DNA of 57,138 nucleotides from Vulcanimicrobiota bacterium (GTDB lineage Bacteria; Vulcanimicrobiota; Vulcanimicrobiia; Vulcanimicrobiales; Vulcanimicrobiaceae): NCBI GenBank assembly GCA_027422105.1, contig DAIBFU010000001.1, positions 1 to 57,138 of the forward strand, read 5' to 3'. Shown piece by piece: positions 55,185 to 57,138 of this stretch (position 1 is its first letter; each line of letters starts with the position of its first letter). The notes under the pieces were generated by a model. It saw only the letters and a program-made list of their open reading frames with translations, ran no database searches and was not told where the DNA came from. The position numbers and the translations under genes were made by a program.

Positions 55185-56541
55185 ACGCGATGAGATCGCC
55201 GCGTTGTACGAAGCCCTCTTCCTGCATGCGGCGCTCGGTGACGTAGAGGAGCACATCGATCGAGGCGTATTGATCGATCAGCAGCGCCTCGACTCCCCAG
55301 ACCAACGCGAGCCGCTGCGCGACCTTCCGATGCGGGGTGAGCGCGACGATACGCGCGCTCGGGCGGAATGCCGCAATATGGTGCGCGGTGTTGCCGGTGG
55401 TCGTACCGGTGACGATAAACGGTATACCGAGCTCGCTGCTCGCTCTCGTTGCCGCTTCGGCGATCGAACTCGCAATCGTCGGCTCGCTCTTTTCCAGTCG
55501 CCGATCGCGTAGCGTTGCATGCGGATAATGCTTCTCGACCTCGCGCGCGATCTCGGCCATCGTGCGAACCGCTTCGGTGGGGTACGAACCACGAGCGGTC
55601 TCGCCGGAGAGCATGATCGCGTCGGTGCCGTCGAGGATGGCGTTGGCGACGTCGGCGACTTCGGCGCGAGTCGGGCGCGAATTCGAGGTCATCGATTCGA
55701 GCATCTGCGTCGCCGTCACCACCGGCTTGCTCGCGCGATTGCAACGCGCGATAAGATCTTTCTGGACCAGCGGCACTTGCTCGAGCGGAATCTCGATGCC
55801 GAGGTCGCCGCGTGCAACCATGATCCCGTCGGCGGCGGCGATGATGCGATCGATATCTTCGAGTGCTTCATGTTTTTCGATCTTGGCAAGAACGGGAACG
55901 CGCTTGCCGCGCTCGTTCATGAAGTTTTTAACGCGTTCGATATCGGCGACGTTGCGAACGAACGAGACGGCAACATAATCGACCTGCTGTTCGAGCCCGA
56001 ATGCGAGGAACTCGAGGTCGCGATCGGTGACCGCGTCGATATTGAGGGAGCCGTCGGGATAGTTGATGCCTTGGCGCGCCCGGAGATCGCCGCCGAATTC
56101 GACGGTGGTAACGATGCGTTCGGCGTTCTTTTCGACGATGCGTAGCGCAATCGATCCGTCTTGAAGATAGATGCGTTTGCCGACCTCGACGTCGTGCGGA
56201 AGGGCCGCATACGAAACGCTTACTCCCTCCGCGTCGCCGACGCGATCGTCGACATAGAGTTCGAAGCGGTCGCCGCGTTCGAGGTGGACGCTCTCTTTGC
56301 CATCGGCGAAACTCCCCGTGCGCACTTTCGGACCGGGAAGATCTTGTAAGAGCGCAATATGGATGCCGAGTTCGGCGGCGAGTTCGCGCGCCGTTTGAAT
56401 AACGGCGGCATGTTCGTCCGGGGTGCCGTGCGAAAAATTTAAGCGAAAGACATTTGCGCCGGAGACCAGTAACGAGCGCATCACGCTTCGGTCGCGCGAG
56501 GCGGGGCCGATCGTCGCGACGATCTTCGTCCGTTTTTGCAT
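55120..56541 (-). CDS. pyk: pyruvate kinase
   Basis: Start trimmed to the ATG at 56541 (MQKRTKIVATIGPAS). Motifs NFSHG and MVARGDLGIEIP. In-frame ATGs at 56556 and 56553 are alternatives. Confidence 0.94.
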   Translation of the reverse strand: MQKRTKIVATIGPASRDRSVMRSLLVSGANVFRLNFSHGTPDEHAAVIQTARELAAELGIHIALLQDLPGPKVRTGSFADGKESVHLERGDRFELYVDDRVGDAEGVSVSYAALPHDVEVGKRIYLQDGSIALRIVEKNAERIVTTVEFGGDLRARQGINYPDGSLNIDAVTDRDLEFLAFGLEQQVDYVAVSFVRNVADIERVKNFMNERGKRVPVLAKIEKHEALEDIDRIIAAADGIMVARGDLGIEIPLEQVPLVQKDLIARCNRASKPVVTATQMLESMTSNSRPTRAEVADVANAILDGTDAIMLSGETARGSYPTEAVRTMAEIAREVEKHYPHATLRDRRLEKSEPTIASSIAEAATRASSELGIPFIVTGTTTGNTAHHIAAFRPSARIVALTPHRKVAQRLALVWGVEALLIDQYASIDVLLYVTERRMQEEGFVQRGDLIAFTTGMPVGAGGTNVLKIHQIP

Positions 56542-56621
56542 GATCGGTTCCATCATCTTCGCGATGCGCGCCCGAGATTGCAGGCTCCTGCGTACTACGG
56601 CGCGCAATATGCGTCGGAGCG

Positions 56622-57068
56622 ATGAGCGAGCATTTGAGCGGTAACGACGACCGAAGCGAGCGACGCCGACGCCATGCGCTCAGTGCGTTCGGTTCGCTGC
56701 TCTTGCACGCGTTCATGGCGGTGACGCTCTTTACGATCTCGATTGCTCCCTCCGCCGAGCAGCCCGAAGCGAACGCGAGCACGAGCACCGTGTTGATCGT
56801 CGAGCGCATGGTCGCAGCCGTGAAAGCGAAGCCGCGGCCGCAGCCGCCGCAACCGAGGAGCCTTCCGCGCCCGCCGCAGCCGCCGCGCCCACCGCAGCAG
56901 CCGCGCCTACTCTCGGTGACGCGTCCGAAAGCCTCGCCGAAACCGCCGCCTCGCCCGATTCGCACGCCGCGCCCTTCGCCCGCACCGCCGCGCGCCGCAC
57001 CGCGCCCAGCAACGTCCGCCACTCCGGGCCGAGCGCCTTCGCCAGGGCTTCCGAGCCCACGAAGCTGA
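56622..57068 (+). CDS. TonB-like membrane-anchored Pro-rich protein lacking a C-terminal TonB domain (possibly truncated)
   Basis: Anchor ALSAFGSLLLHAFMAVTLFTI and Pro-rich spacer KPRPQPPQPRSLPRPPQPPRPPQQPR. The ORF then runs into sequence that codes on the opposite strand and stops at 57068. Confidence 0.5.
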   Translation: MSEHLSGNDDRSERRRRHALSAFGSLLLHAFMAVTLFTISIAPSAEQPEANASTSTVLIVERMVAAVKAKPRPQPPQPRSLPRPPQPPRPPQQPRLLSVTRPKASPKPPPRPIRTPRPSPAPPRAAPRPATSATPGRAPSPGLPSPRS

Positions 57069-57138
57069 CGTTGGCGAACTGTCCCGCATAGCCCTTGGCA
57101 CGCGCGGCCTTGATGAAGGCAGCGGCTTCGGTATAGGT
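57004..57138 (-). pseudogene. fragment resembling a Leu/Ile/Val-type (Peripla_BP_6) ABC substrate-binding protein
   Basis: The minus-strand frame, open from the window edge, reads TYTEAAAFIKAARAKGYAGQFANVSFVGSEALAKALGPE. This closely matches the FIKxAxxxGYxGQFxNxSFVGSxALAxxLG segment of that family. Below about 57010 the same frame becomes Ala/Arg-rich antisense of the Pro-rich ORF. Confidence 0.4.

Overview
This is a visibly high-GC, densely packed bacterial chromosomal segment with about 60 protein-coding genes. I recognised no rRNA, tRNA, CRISPR array, transposase or integrase. Many neighbouring genes are joined by ATGA, GTGA or TAATG overlaps, which suggests long translationally coupled operons.

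Most of the content is housekeeping:
- DEAD-box helicase, gdhA, serS, moeA, hisC-like, smpB-tilS-hpt-ftsH.
- Two M16 peptidase homologues, glycosyltransferases, rsmA, a YabE-like 3D/G5 protein.
- rho, rluB, DAHP synthase, and an ExbB-ExbD-ExbD-TonB-TonB cluster with a TonB_C/TPR protein.
- uppP, moaC-mog, folC-folP-folB-folK, accB-like/accC, nusB, PBP1A, xseA-xseB, tlyA, nadK, recN, pyk.

Items that stand out:
1. A heme-oxygenase-like diiron oxidase lies next to a zinc-ribbon threonine-synthase-like PLP enzyme. A short aromatic-rich ORF and a perfect intrinsic terminator sit directly upstream.
2. A composite intergenic repeat of about 310-330 bp, bounded by inverted termini, occurs twice. One copy supplies the folK stop codon.
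3. A syntenic BCCP lacks the biotinyl-lysine.
4. A doubly degenerate tandem HD-GYP protein is coupled to a protein that weakly resembles Dam with non-canonical motifs.
5. A GT4 gene appears to have only a CTG start codon.
6. Both members of an M16 pair lack the HxxEH motif.
7. A BNR-propeller gene is paired with a MoaD-like (GG-terminal) gene.
8. The xseB tail plus a zinc-ribbon gene has been tandemly duplicated.
9. An abrupt junction at the 3' window edge truncates two genes.

All functional calls come from motif recognition by eye. No database search or computation was run.
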